This document shows, one piece after another, positions 48,296-57,379 of a DNA stretch of 64,000 nt. This DNA comes from Candidatus Aenigmatarchaeota archaeon (GTDB taxonomy: Archaea; Aenigmatarchaeota; Aenigmatarchaeia; CG10238-14; SpSt-28): positions 130,446 to 194,445 of the forward strand of contig JAWBNO010000001.1 of NCBI GenBank assembly GCA_039000725.1. Reading direction: 5' to 3'. The notes under the pieces were generated by a model. It worked only from the letters and a program-made list of their open reading frames with translations, made no database searches and was not told the origin of the DNA. The translations under genes and the position numbers were made by a program. How positions within the stretch are numbered: the stretch's first letter is position 1; every line of letters starts with the position of its first letter.

Positions 48296-49021
48296 ATGAA
48301 ACTAAATTGTATTAAAATAAGGGGGAATTCTAACCTAAATTTAGATTTTGAAGAAGAACCGTTTTCTTGGAAAAGAAATATGAGTGAATTGATAAAAGAT
48401 AAAGTCATTTTAGATTTAAAAAATGGGAAAAGGGCCTTAGAATTTTTTGGTGATAGAATTGTTTATATTGTTTATAATTTATGGAAAGGCATAAGAAAAT
48501 ATAGGATTATTAAAGAAAAAATAGGATTAAATTTCGATTTAACATTACTCAAAAAAGGCACATTTTCCTTAGAAAAAAATGGAGAACTATTTTTAACATA
48601 TGGACATAAACATGAAGAAGAAAGAGGGGAGTTTTACAAAGTTATTAAAAATGAATGTATAATTCTTCTTTCCGACATAGAAAAAAAGAAATCATATTTT
48701 GTTGAACTAAAAGAAGGTGATTCTATTTTAATACACCCTAGATATGTTCATAGATTAATTTCAAAAAATGTTGATTGTTTAGTTTTGGGTATTGTTCCAG
48801 AAGATGCTGGTCATAACTATGAAATTGTTAAAAATAGAGGATTTCCTTTTCATTTTTTCCTAAAAGATAGTTGGATAAAAATAGTTGAAAATAAAAAATA
48901 TAAAAATCATAAGATATTCAAAGCTTTTCCGAAAAATAGAGAAATACCAATAGAAAAATTAAAAAAAGTTTTGTACAATCCTAAAAATTATAAGAATCTA
49001 TACAGCTTAAATTTCCTCTAA
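48296..49021 (+). CDS. pgiA: Cupin-type glucose-6-phosphate isomerase (cPGI)-like protein
   Basis: 241 aa. TYGHKHEEERGEFY fits the cPGI signature TxGHxHx(6-11)ExY. The second cupin block IHPRYVHRLISKN parallels PPyWAHRtvN. Confidence 0.7.
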   Translation: MKLNCIKIRGNSNLNLDFEEEPFSWKRNMSELIKDKVILDLKNGKRALEFFGDRIVYIVYNLWKGIRKYRIIKEKIGLNFDLTLLKKGTFSLEKNGELFLTYGHKHEEERGEFYKVIKNECIILLSDIEKKKSYFVELKEGDSILIHPRYVHRLISKNVDCLVLGIVPEDAGHNYEIVKNRGFPFHFFLKDSWIKIVENKKYKNHKIFKAFPKNREIPIEKLKKVLYNPKNYKNLYSLNFL

Positions 49022-50947
49022 AGCAAAAATCTTGTATTCTTTTCCTAAGCTACTTTTATAATTTACTCTTATTTTTTTTTCTTTAAACTCGATAGAAATA
49101 GTAACTATATCATCTCCTATTCTTATGGTTCTTACAAAATTTCCTTCAATTTTTGGAGAAACTTTAATAACTTTCGAAATTGCATCATATTCTAAACCTA
49201 ATAATCCTTCATCTATTGCTTTTATTATCATCGCAGAACTCCATAGTTGAATAAATGCACTTTCTTCTCTACCAATTGGTTTTTCTACTATTAAATCTCC
49301 GTTTTCTGAATTCCACACTTCTGGGATTGAAGAAATAGCCAAAGAATTGCACTTATTATAAATTCTTCTCAAATTCTCCAAAGCTCTTTCTATTCTTCCT
49401 ACTTTAAATTCAAGAAATGATAATAAAGCTAATAAGTGAGACCAACTAGCCCCTTTGTGATAAGATGTAGGACTGTATTCTTTAGAATTTTTTGGCAATG
49501 TAGATAAACCTACATCTGTGAGAAAAGTTTCTTCTAACTTAATAACGAAATCTTTCTTTAAAGGAATAACTTCAGCTAAAGGTAAAAATATCTGATTAAT
49601 TGATGTGTATTCTTTACCAAGAACATCTAAGTAATACTCATCCTTTCTAAAGTATTTAGCTATGTTTTTCTTAAGAATTTTCTTCGCTTGCTCTATCTCT
49701 TTTAAAATTTCTTTTTCTTCTATCAAGCTAAAAATTTTAGACATACAATCTAAAGCATAATACCAAAATGCTTGAACTTCTAAACAATAGCCTTCTCTTT
49801 CTAAGGAGTCCATCCAAGTTGAATTTTTATTAGAATAAATGAAGCCATTTTCGTTTTTATTTTTTTGGTAAAATCTGAAAATTTCTATTAATTTTTCTTT
49901 AATTTCCTCAATAAGAAAAACTTTTCCAGTCCTTATTATGTATTTGTAAAGAGCTATTACAAATAATGGAGTTGAATCTGAAGAATTGTAATCTATATAA
50001 TCTTTAGTAATAAAGTTTGGAATTATTCCATTCTTCAAGTTCTTGGCAAACAATAAAATGGTGTTTTTAGCTGCATCAGCATCAAAAATATAACTCCAAA
50101 TTGATATAAAAGAATCTCTACCCCAAACTTGAGTAAACCATGGATAGCCAGCTACAAATACTCTTTTATCTTCGAACTCAACAATATTCTTCTTCATATT
50201 GAGAATTGCTATTTTGAAAAGTTCATTTAAGTAATTAATATCACTAGAAAACATGTTTTCTTTTAAAACTTTTTCATATACTTCTCTTTTCTCTTTTTCT
50301 AAATTTTCCACATTTTTTATTATAGTCTCTACTTCAAAAACCTCCAAATTTATAGCAAAAGCAAAATATAATACCTTAACTTCTTTGCCTTCAAGATACA
50401 AATTAATCAAAAAATTTTTCGTAACAAAACATCTTTGTGTCTCATTACTAGGATAATGCGTTTTATAAAAATGATAACCAATAAATTCTCCTTGATAACT
50501 TGAGTAAAATATTACCTTTCCTTTTTCGCATTTAGCAACATAATAGTTGTTTCTATAACTTATTTCATACTCTCTCTCATTCCAATTTTCATTCCAATCT
50601 CTTATGTTTAAGGCTGTTTCTAATTCTATTTTAACATTCTCTTTATTTTCATTTTTGTTTTCAATTCTAAGTTTTATAATCAAACATCTTTCTTTTTCTG
50701 GAACAAATAGTGTTTCTTCAATTTTTAAATTTTGAGTTTCATAAAAATGTTTAAATTTTTCTAGACCTTCTTCAACAGCTTTTTGAATAGAAGGTAGCCA
50801 AACATCGTTTATCTTTATTGCATAATATTCCAAAAACTTTCTGCTCAAAGACCACAGCCCATTCCATTTGGATTTAAAACCACAATCTGTAAATCTGTTA
50901 AAAAAACATTTTTCTCCAACAAGAAAATAAATTTTGCTATCGTTCAT
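49007..50947 (-). CDS. Glycogen debranching enzyme (amylo-alpha-1,6-glucosidase, GDE_C type)
   Basis: 646 aa. VAGYPWFTQVWGRDSFISI is the hallmark GDE_C motif, with an (alpha/alpha)6-like C-terminal half. Confidence 0.8.
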   Translation of the reverse strand: MNDSKIYFLVGEKCFFNRFTDCGFKSKWNGLWSLSRKFLEYYAIKINDVWLPSIQKAVEEGLEKFKHFYETQNLKIEETLFVPEKERCLIIKLRIENKNENKENVKIELETALNIRDWNENWNEREYEISYRNNYYVAKCEKGKVIFYSSYQGEFIGYHFYKTHYPSNETQRCFVTKNFLINLYLEGKEVKVLYFAFAINLEVFEVETIIKNVENLEKEKREVYEKVLKENMFSSDINYLNELFKIAILNMKKNIVEFEDKRVFVAGYPWFTQVWGRDSFISIWSYIFDADAAKNTILLFAKNLKNGIIPNFITKDYIDYNSSDSTPLFVIALYKYIIRTGKVFLIEEIKEKLIEIFRFYQKNKNENGFIYSNKNSTWMDSLEREGYCLEVQAFWYYALDCMSKIFSLIEEKEILKEIEQAKKILKKNIAKYFRKDEYYLDVLGKEYTSINQIFLPLAEVIPLKKDFVIKLEETFLTDVGLSTLPKNSKEYSPTSYHKGASWSHLLALLSFLEFKVGRIERALENLRRIYNKCNSLAISSIPEVWNSENGDLIVEKPIGREESAFIQLWSSAMIIKAIDEGLLGLEYDAISKVIKVSPKIEGNFVRTIRIGDDIVTISIEFKEKKIRVNYKSSLGKEYKIFALEEI

Positions 50948-50993
50948 TTATAAATTTTATGCTGTTCTTTAAATTGCTTTATTAAATTATTTT

Positions 50994-51335
50994 ATGTTAA
51001 AACAAGTTATAATAGTAAGAAAGGATTTAGATTGGAGCAAAGGTAAGCTAGCTGCACATGTAGCTCACGCTAGTTTAGAAGCAGCCCTAAGTGTTGATAG
51101 AGAATTATTAGAAAAATGGAGAAGGTCTGGTGCAAAAAAAGTTGTTCTTAAAGTTAAAGATCTAAAGGAGTTGAAAAAAATAGAAAAAGAGTTGAAAAAA
51201 GAAAAAATAAGTTATGTAAAAATTTCTGATGCTGGACTAACTCAATTAAGAAAAGGAACTATAACTTGTATAGGAATTGGACCTATAGAAGAAAAAAGAA
51301 TTGATAAAATAACTGGAAATTTAAGTCTTTTTTGA
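50994..51335 (+). CDS. pth2: Peptidyl-tRNA hydrolase, archaeal type (Pth2)
   Basis: 113 aa. Contains QVIIVRKDLDWSKGKLAAHVAHAS and DAGLTQL. Confidence 0.9.
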   Translation: MLKQVIIVRKDLDWSKGKLAAHVAHASLEAALSVDRELLEKWRRSGAKKVVLKVKDLKELKKIEKELKKEKISYVKISDAGLTQLRKGTITCIGIGPIEEKRIDKITGNLSLF

Positions 51336-51800
51336 AAGTTTATTTTTTAATAATATGTTTAATGCGCTTTCTATTATCCTTACTTGATCCTCTCTAGGAA
51401 TGTATAGGTATGTAGTATATTCGAAAACCTCTCTTACAACGTTATAAACATATAATATTGCGTCTGAATAACCTACTAGATAACAGTAAATAGCTAGCTG
51501 ATATTTTCCTTTTCTTTTTTGAAAATCTAGATTTTCTTTAAACCTATAAGTCTTAAGCTCTTCCACGACCTTTTTTTCTCTATCTACCCTGTCAGGAGAG
51601 CCATAAATTCTAATTGTATAACCATCATACATGATAACATTCTCATAAATTTTTTCATTTTCAAATCCCAAAATTTTATGATAATATTTTCCGTTTTCTG
51701 AGCTTTTGTGTCTCTTGTACTTTTCTTCTAACTTTAATTCATGTTCAATTAAAGAATTTACCAATCTTGTTACTGAGTAGGAAAAATCAACACTACCCAT
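51321..51800 (-). CDS. PD-(D/E)xK nuclease-superfamily protein, Cas4/RecB-like core without Fe-S cysteines
   Basis: 159 aa. IYGSPDRVD...VVEELKT provides D...ExK, and QLAIYCYLVGY provides a QxxxY motif. Confidence 0.5.
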   Translation of the reverse strand: MGSVDFSYSVTRLVNSLIEHELKLEEKYKRHKSSENGKYYHKILGFENEKIYENVIMYDGYTIRIYGSPDRVDREKKVVEELKTYRFKENLDFQKRKGKYQLAIYCYLVGYSDAILYVYNVVREVFEYTTYLYIPREDQVRIIESALNILLKNKLSKKT

Positions 51801-51832
51801 TTTTTATTAAGTTGGAGAAAAACTTAAATATT

Positions 51833-52423
51833 TTATACCCTAATTCCTAAAACTGTTATAATAAATCTTATTGTTGCTAAATCTAATTCTTTTAAACTTT
51901 TTCCAGAAATAAATACAGTGTAATTTTCTATTCTTACTAAAGTCTCATTTGCAATTACTGGTGGTATTATATATATTACTGGATTCGTATAATTTCCTTT
52001 TAACTCTAAAATATCTGAAACTTCTTTTCCCTTTATTTCAACTGATAAACCATTTAAAGTGTAAAAACTTGCTAATTTAAACGTTATTTCATAAGCTTCT
52101 ACTCCAATATAATGAGTTTCATTTGTTGTGTTCAATACGGCTATTGTTATTCTATTTAATTCCTGATTCCAAAAAATTTCTCTAATAATTTCCTCGTTTG
52201 GATAAACACCTATATTTTTCGCTAATCTTAAATCTTCTCTAAATTCCATTGGAACGTTAAAATAAACTATCTTTTTAACTGGTTGACTATATTTATACCA
52301 GTTATAAATTTGAGGATAATAGAAGTAAATTGCAAAAATTATAAATAACGTAGTAGCCAATATTGTTACTCTTTTAATGCTAATATTTATTTTAATATCA
52401 TCATTTTTCTTTTTTTCAACCAT
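51833..52423 (-). CDS. N-terminally anchored extracytoplasmic protein, sequon-rich
   Basis: 196 aa with one N-terminal span. Five N-x-S/T sequons (NTT, NET, NYT, NET, NYT) lie in the exposed domain. Confidence 0.5.
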   Translation of the reverse strand: MVEKKKNDDIKINISIKRVTILATTLFIIFAIYFYYPQIYNWYKYSQPVKKIVYFNVPMEFREDLRLAKNIGVYPNEEIIREIFWNQELNRITIAVLNTTNETHYIGVEAYEITFKLASFYTLNGLSVEIKGKEVSDILELKGNYTNPVIYIIPPVIANETLVRIENYTVFISGKSLKELDLATIRFIITVLGIRV

Positions 52424-52436
52424 AAATTTATTTTAC

Positions 52437-53096
52437 TCAATCAATAAATTCTTTTAATTTTTCCTCGCTATAAAATCCTTCGAGCTTTACTTTTTCATTT
52501 ATTATGATTGTAGGAAGATAATTTACAGAGAAATATTGTTTAAGTGTTGAAACTATTCCTAACTTAGAATCTGCATCTATTGCAAAAATCATATACTTTT
52601 CTGGGTTCTGTTTCTTTAATCTAGATAAAATTATACCTTGCGCTATACAATCGTCACATCTGTATAAAGATGTGTAGAAAAACAAAATAGTAGTTACATT
52701 ATAATTACATTTTTCTCTCAAGTTTTTCATATGTAACCAAAGTTGAAGGTTTGTTAAAAAATATTTTTGTTTCAATATCTCCAAATCATAAGACTTTAGT
52801 TTAGTAGTTTCTTTAAAAGTTTCTAAGTAACTACCTAATTTACCAGCTTCTTCTGCTAATTTTGTAGTTTTTTCATTATATATCTCACAAATTTTTTCAT
52901 TTTCTATTTCAAAAGATTTGAAAAATAATTCTTCTAGCATTAGATTTGAAAAATCTATTTGAAACTCTTCTAATTTTGACGCAAAAAAACCTATTCTTAT
53001 TGAGTCCAAATAAATACCTATTCCTATACCTACGACAAAAACTAAAATTGTTAAAAGTGCTGCTTTTAAATAAATTTTGGTGTCTATCTTTCCCAT
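52437..53096 (-). CDS. Membrane-anchored thioredoxin-fold-like protein (CxxC)
   Basis: 219 aa with an N-terminal span. TILFFYTSLYRCDDCIAQG resembles a Trx-fold active-site context, and a C-terminal Pro (YLPTIII) resembles a cis-Pro loop. Confidence 0.5.
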   Translation of the reverse strand: MGKIDTKIYLKAALLTILVFVVGIGIGIYLDSIRIGFFASKLEEFQIDFSNLMLEELFFKSFEIENEKICEIYNEKTTKLAEEAGKLGSYLETFKETTKLKSYDLEILKQKYFLTNLQLWLHMKNLREKCNYNVTTILFFYTSLYRCDDCIAQGIILSRLKKQNPEKYMIFAIDADSKLGIVSTLKQYFSVNYLPTIIINEKVKLEGFYSEEKLKEFID

Positions 53097-54328
53097 TTTG
53101 TTTTCGCCCTTAAAATTTCTTTAATTATACTCAAAAACCAACTGTAAGCTAGTACAAAAGGATAGATAAATATTTGTACTAGATAAGAAAATAAATTTTT
53201 CACAAAATTTTTCTCTTTACTCATTATTAGACTTAGATAAAAAATATAAGCGTACAAAATTATGTTTGCCAACCAAAACACATTAGAAACTGTTGTATAT
53301 AATATTGGTGAATCTAAATTTCTTAGATCTATTTCTGGTATTTCTATCCCTGTTTTGTAATATATAGAATACAAATCTAAAACAATTCTATAAATTGAAT
53401 AAACCAAAGAAGAAATATTTATGAAAAGCAATCCAACAAAAACTATATACAATGGTAATGTGTAAACTCCTAAATTTCCAAATTTTGGATTAAAAAACAT
53501 TTCCTTATATTCTCTAGATGTTATTATAAATCCTCTATACCACCTAACTCTTTGCCTTATTAGTCTTTTAAAAGTTTCTGGAGTTTTTGTATAAACTATT
53601 GAATTTAGGCATGTCTCAATCTTATATCCAGCTTTTTGTAACCTGAATGTTAATTCCATATCCTCAGTTATGTTTTTTTCGTCCCAACCACCAACTCTTT
53701 CTAATGCTTCCTTTCTATATAGCCCAAAAGGTCCCGGAACCACAAAAACTGAATCCATTAAAGCCAAAACTTTTCTTAAAAATATGTTATAAATGTATTC
53801 AACTGACTGAATTTTCTGCCAGAATGTTTTTGGTTTATATACCTTTAAACTGCTTGCGACTGCACCAACTTTTGGATCATTAAAATAACCTATTGTTTTT
53901 TTAAGAGCATCTCTTTTAACAATAGAGTCCGCATCCATGCAAACTATTATTTCTCCTTTTGCTTTTTTCAATCCAGCATTTAATGCAGAAGCTTTTCCCC
54001 CATTTGGTTTATCAATTATTTTAATACCATATTTTCTAAAGTTTTTCATAATTTCTAAAGTTTTGTCAGTTGAGCCGTCATTTATAGCAATTATTTCTAA
54101 CTTATTTTTTGGATAGTCTAAATTAAGTAAAGATTTTAAAGTAGAAGCTATAGTTTTTTCTTCATTATAAGCTGGGACCAAAATACTTACTTTTGGCAAT
54201 TTTTTTGGCGGTTTAGGATCTCTAAAAACTTTCTTTCTATTCTCCAAATAGAATAGTAAATACGTAAAAAATACAAAAAAAGAAATTATAGATGTTGCAA
54301 ATGTTAAATAGTCAAACCATTTTAGCAT
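53084..54328 (-). CDS. Processive family-2 glycosyltransferase (PgaC/IcaA/NodC-like synthase)
   Basis: 414 aa. Contains VSILVPAYNEE, DGSTD, MDADS, TEDMELTFR and the QRVRWYRG (QxxRW) motif, with C-terminal membrane spans. Confidence 0.85.
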   Translation of the reverse strand: MLKWFDYLTFATSIISFFVFFTYLLFYLENRKKVFRDPKPPKKLPKVSILVPAYNEEKTIASTLKSLLNLDYPKNKLEIIAINDGSTDKTLEIMKNFRKYGIKIIDKPNGGKASALNAGLKKAKGEIIVCMDADSIVKRDALKKTIGYFNDPKVGAVASSLKVYKPKTFWQKIQSVEYIYNIFLRKVLALMDSVFVVPGPFGLYRKEALERVGGWDEKNITEDMELTFRLQKAGYKIETCLNSIVYTKTPETFKRLIRQRVRWYRGFIITSREYKEMFFNPKFGNLGVYTLPLYIVFVGLLFINISSLVYSIYRIVLDLYSIYYKTGIEIPEIDLRNLDSPILYTTVSNVFWLANIILYAYIFYLSLIMSKEKNFVKNLFSYLVQIFIYPFVLAYSWFLSIIKEILRAKTKWER

Positions 54329-54359
54329 AAAATATTTTTGAAAATTAATAAATAAAGTT

Positions 54360-55691
54360 ATGGTGAAAGAAAAAATTGCAATAATTTTATCTTTTATTAT
54401 ATTTTTTATAACATACTATTTCTCTATAAATTCAAAAACTTACTGGTGGGATGAGGCTGTTTATTTAGGTTTGGCTAAAAACCTAGCAAAGAAATTTTCT
54501 TATTTCATAAACTATCAGTTTCCAGAAAAGTTAACAAACTACTATGGATACAAATTAGTTATAGATGAGTCATTTAGACAACCACTTTTTCCATTTTTGC
54601 TATCTGTTTTTTATTTTTTGGGAGAAAAGTTTCAAAGAGTTTTGCCACCTATTTTTGCTTCACTTTCTATATTTCTAACCTTTAAACTTGGAAAAAAAAT
54701 TAAAGATGAAAATTTAGGATTAATATCAGCTATTTTTTTATCTGTATCCCCTCTATTTCTTTTCTTTTCTTCTAAAATTCTAACAGAAAGTTTATCATCA
54801 TTTCTAATTGTTTCTTTCTTTTACTTCTTGACTTCATATAAAAACGACTTTAAATCTTTCTTTTTTTCATCTCTTTTTCTCTCTCTTTCAATTTTGACTA
54901 GATATACAAATTTTATTCTCTCTTTGCCTTTCCTTTTAGTATTCTTAAAATACAAAAATATTAAACATCTATTTTTAGCTGTTTTTATTGTTTTTTTAGT
55001 ATTTTTACCATTTCTTCTTTTTTCATATTATAGATATGGTAACCCATTTGAAGCCATTATTATTTCTTTTAAAGAGGCCTCAACAAAAAAATATTATCAG
55101 GAACCATTTTATTTTTACTTTATAAATTTAGTTCCAATTTTCGGCTTGCCAATTCTATTTTCCTTTTTTACAAAATTAAAAAAAGAAAACAAAATCTTAA
55201 TTTTTACAGTAATTTTAATTTTCTTAAGTTTTTCTATTCTTTCTAGAAAAGAATTTAGATATTTAGTTCCTTATTTTCCTTTGTTTTATATAGCTTCTTC
55301 CTTAGGGTTGGTTAATTTAGAAAAGAGCAAAAAAATTTGGATAATTGTTTTAGTCATAATTTTATTACAAATTTATCCTTGCTACAATCTTCTAACCATA
55401 AAAGAAGATAATTCAATTGTTTTGATTTCAAATTTCTTGAAAGATAAAGTTAGTGAAGATGATTTTGTAATTGCAGAAAATTATCCAGTTTTGAATTATT
55501 TAACTGGAGCAAAAGTTTTACCATACCCTAGCAGTATAGAAAACTTTTATAAATTATTAGAAATTTTTAAACCCAAATTTGCTGTTATTGACAAAGAAAT
55601 AACTTTACCAGAATATGCCAAAGAATTAGAAAAGTATGGCTTTGAAAAAATTTATGAAATAAATGAAATTAAAGTTTTGAAAATAGAATAA
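54360..55691 (+). CDS. GT-C fold glycosyltransferase (ArnT/PMT_2-like, GT39/83)
   Basis: 443 aa with more than 10 spans. The first-loop acidic motif is YWWDEAVYLGLAKNL. Confidence 0.75.
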   Translation: MVKEKIAIILSFIIFFITYYFSINSKTYWWDEAVYLGLAKNLAKKFSYFINYQFPEKLTNYYGYKLVIDESFRQPLFPFLLSVFYFLGEKFQRVLPPIFASLSIFLTFKLGKKIKDENLGLISAIFLSVSPLFLFFSSKILTESLSSFLIVSFFYFLTSYKNDFKSFFFSSLFLSLSILTRYTNFILSLPFLLVFLKYKNIKHLFLAVFIVFLVFLPFLLFSYYRYGNPFEAIIISFKEASTKKYYQEPFYFYFINLVPIFGLPILFSFFTKLKKENKILIFTVILIFLSFSILSRKEFRYLVPYFPLFYIASSLGLVNLEKSKKIWIIVLVIILLQIYPCYNLLTIKEDNSIVLISNFLKDKVSEDDFVIAENYPVLNYLTGAKVLPYPSSIENFYKLLEIFKPKFAVIDKEITLPEYAKELEKYGFEKIYEINEIKVLKIE

Positions 55692-55790
55692 AATTTTTTA
55701 ATAATCCTTATGACTAACTAAAATTCTTTTAATCTCTTTATTATTAACAATATTATAATCACAAGCTTTTTTAAAAACCTTGCAGTTATA

Positions 55791-56051
55791 TTACCTTTCT
55801 ATTAACCATTTCCACAACGGAATAAACTTAATTTTTTTATTTTCAATTTTCAATTCATCTTCATAATCCCAAGTTATTATTAACAAGTTTTTACATTTTA
55901 ATTGTTCACTAGCTTTAATTAATGCTCTTATTTCTCTTTTCTCTATTTCATCTTTACTAGAAGAATAAGTTACTTGAATTAATTGCTTTATTTCTAAACC
56001 TTCCTTTATAACGAAATCAACTTCATTTTGTTGATAATCTTTCCAATAGTA
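55791..56051 (-). repeat. Shared 3' module, copy 1 (long form, from YYWKDYQQNEVDF to the stop)
   Basis: Alignable by eye at nucleotide level with the other copies. Anchors: aaccatttcc, catcttcataatcccaagt, cactagctttt, acttgaattaattg, tttccaatagtaaat. Confidence 0.85.
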
Positions 56052-57065
56052 AATTTCAGCTAAGGGATTTTCGCTAATCTTTCTTTTAAGTTGCAAAAAT
56101 ACACAATTCTCCATTAACCTTCCAATATTTTCTGAAAATTTCGAAAATCTTTTTATGAAAAAATTATCAATAAACATAACTTTTCTTGGTGCTTTTAAAG
56201 AATTCTTTACTTTAGGTGTCAAAATCTCTAAAAATTCTACAAATAAAGAATTTTCTAAGTAGTAAAGATAGTTAGCAACTGTCTCTTTTCCTATTTTATG
56301 TCCAATAGATTTTAAAGTATCAAAAATTTTTGTTATGGTTATGTAAGTTGAGTTAAGTAAAAGTCTTATAAGATCCCTCATTAATTCTTTATTTCTTATA
56401 CCATAACGTTCAAAAATATCGCGAATAAGAAAAGTTTTGAAATATTCCTCAATAAGTAGATATTTTTTCGCTTCATCTGAGAGAACAATCTCAGGTAATC
56501 CACCAAAATTTATATACTCTCTTAATAGGTTTAATTTAAGAGCATTCGTTAATTCCTCTATATTTTCTCCTTTAAATCTTAAGAACTCTAAAAATGATAG
56601 TGGATAAACCTCAAAAGTTATACATCTTCCTCTCAATTCAGTTGGTATTTCTTTACTTGAAAGTTTTGATGATGAGCCAGATAAAATTATTTGATAATTA
56701 AAACTGTCTAACATTCTTCTTACCCATTTGCTCCAGTTAGGAATGTTTTGTATTTCATCTAACAAAAAAACAAGCTTTTTCTTTCCATAAATTTCTTTTA
56801 TAATCTCAGAAAAACAAGTCAAAACTTCTGTTTTCTTTGGCAATCTTTCATCTTCAAAATCTATATAAATTGTATTTTCTTTTCCTATTTTTCTTGCTGT
56901 ATTCAAAAGCAAAAATGTTTTTCCAACTCTTCTGAAACCAACTATTGGTATAGCCTTAACAATTTTCCAATCTATTAACTTACTAGGATCTTTATCTCTC
57001 TCAATTATCTTCGGTAACTCTCTTTCTTCCCATTCTTTCACAAGTTGTTTTAAAATTGTCTTCAT
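55791..57065 (-). CDS. COG1373-type AAA+ ATPase (AAA_14 - wHTH - DUF4143-like), array paralog 1
   Basis: 424 aa. Walker A GFRRVGKT, Walker B FLLDEIQ, sensor SGSSS, wHTH-like segment ITKIFDTLKSIGHKIGKETVANYLYYLENSLFV. Carries the shared C-terminal module YYWKDYQQNEVDFVIK...IPLWKWLIER. Confidence 0.85.
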   Translation of the reverse strand: MKTILKQLVKEWEERELPKIIERDKDPSKLIDWKIVKAIPIVGFRRVGKTFLLLNTARKIGKENTIYIDFEDERLPKKTEVLTCFSEIIKEIYGKKKLVFLLDEIQNIPNWSKWVRRMLDSFNYQIILSGSSSKLSSKEIPTELRGRCITFEVYPLSFLEFLRFKGENIEELTNALKLNLLREYINFGGLPEIVLSDEAKKYLLIEEYFKTFLIRDIFERYGIRNKELMRDLIRLLLNSTYITITKIFDTLKSIGHKIGKETVANYLYYLENSLFVEFLEILTPKVKNSLKAPRKVMFIDNFFIKRFSKFSENIGRLMENCVFLQLKRKISENPLAEIYYWKDYQQNEVDFVIKEGLEIKQLIQVTYSSSKDEIEKREIRALIKASEQLKCKNLLIITWDYEDELKIENKKIKFIPLWKWLIER

Positions 57066-57081
57066 AAAAAATTAGTGTAGA

Positions 57082-57101
57082 ACAATATTTATAAATATTG
57101 T
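57082..57101. promoter_or_regulatory. Perfect 20-bp palindrome acaatattta/taaatattgt upstream of array paralog 1 (TATA-like core)
   Basis: Read directly. The centre lies about 27 nt upstream of the ATG at 57065. The core tttataaa resembles an archaeal TATA box. Confidence 0.55.
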
Positions 57102-57136
57102 ACTATAATACTAGATTTATAGAACAAAATAACAAA

Positions 57137-57379
57137 CTATTGCCTTTCTATTAACCATTTCCATAATGGAAGGCATTTAATTTTTTTGTTCTGAACATTT
57201 AACTCATCTTCATAATCCCAAGTTATTATTAACAAGTTTTTGCATTTTAATTGCTCAGAAGCTTTTAACAAAGCTTTTATTTCCCTTTTCTCAATCTCAT
57301 CTTTACTTGAAGCGTAAGTTGCTTGAATTAGTTGTTTTATTTCTAAACCATTTTTAATTAAAAAATCAACTTCGTAATC
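57137..57379 (-). repeat. Shared 3' module, copy 2 (short form, from DYEVDF)
   Basis: Same anchors as the other copies. Diverges from the long form upstream of the EVDF codons. Confidence 0.85.
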
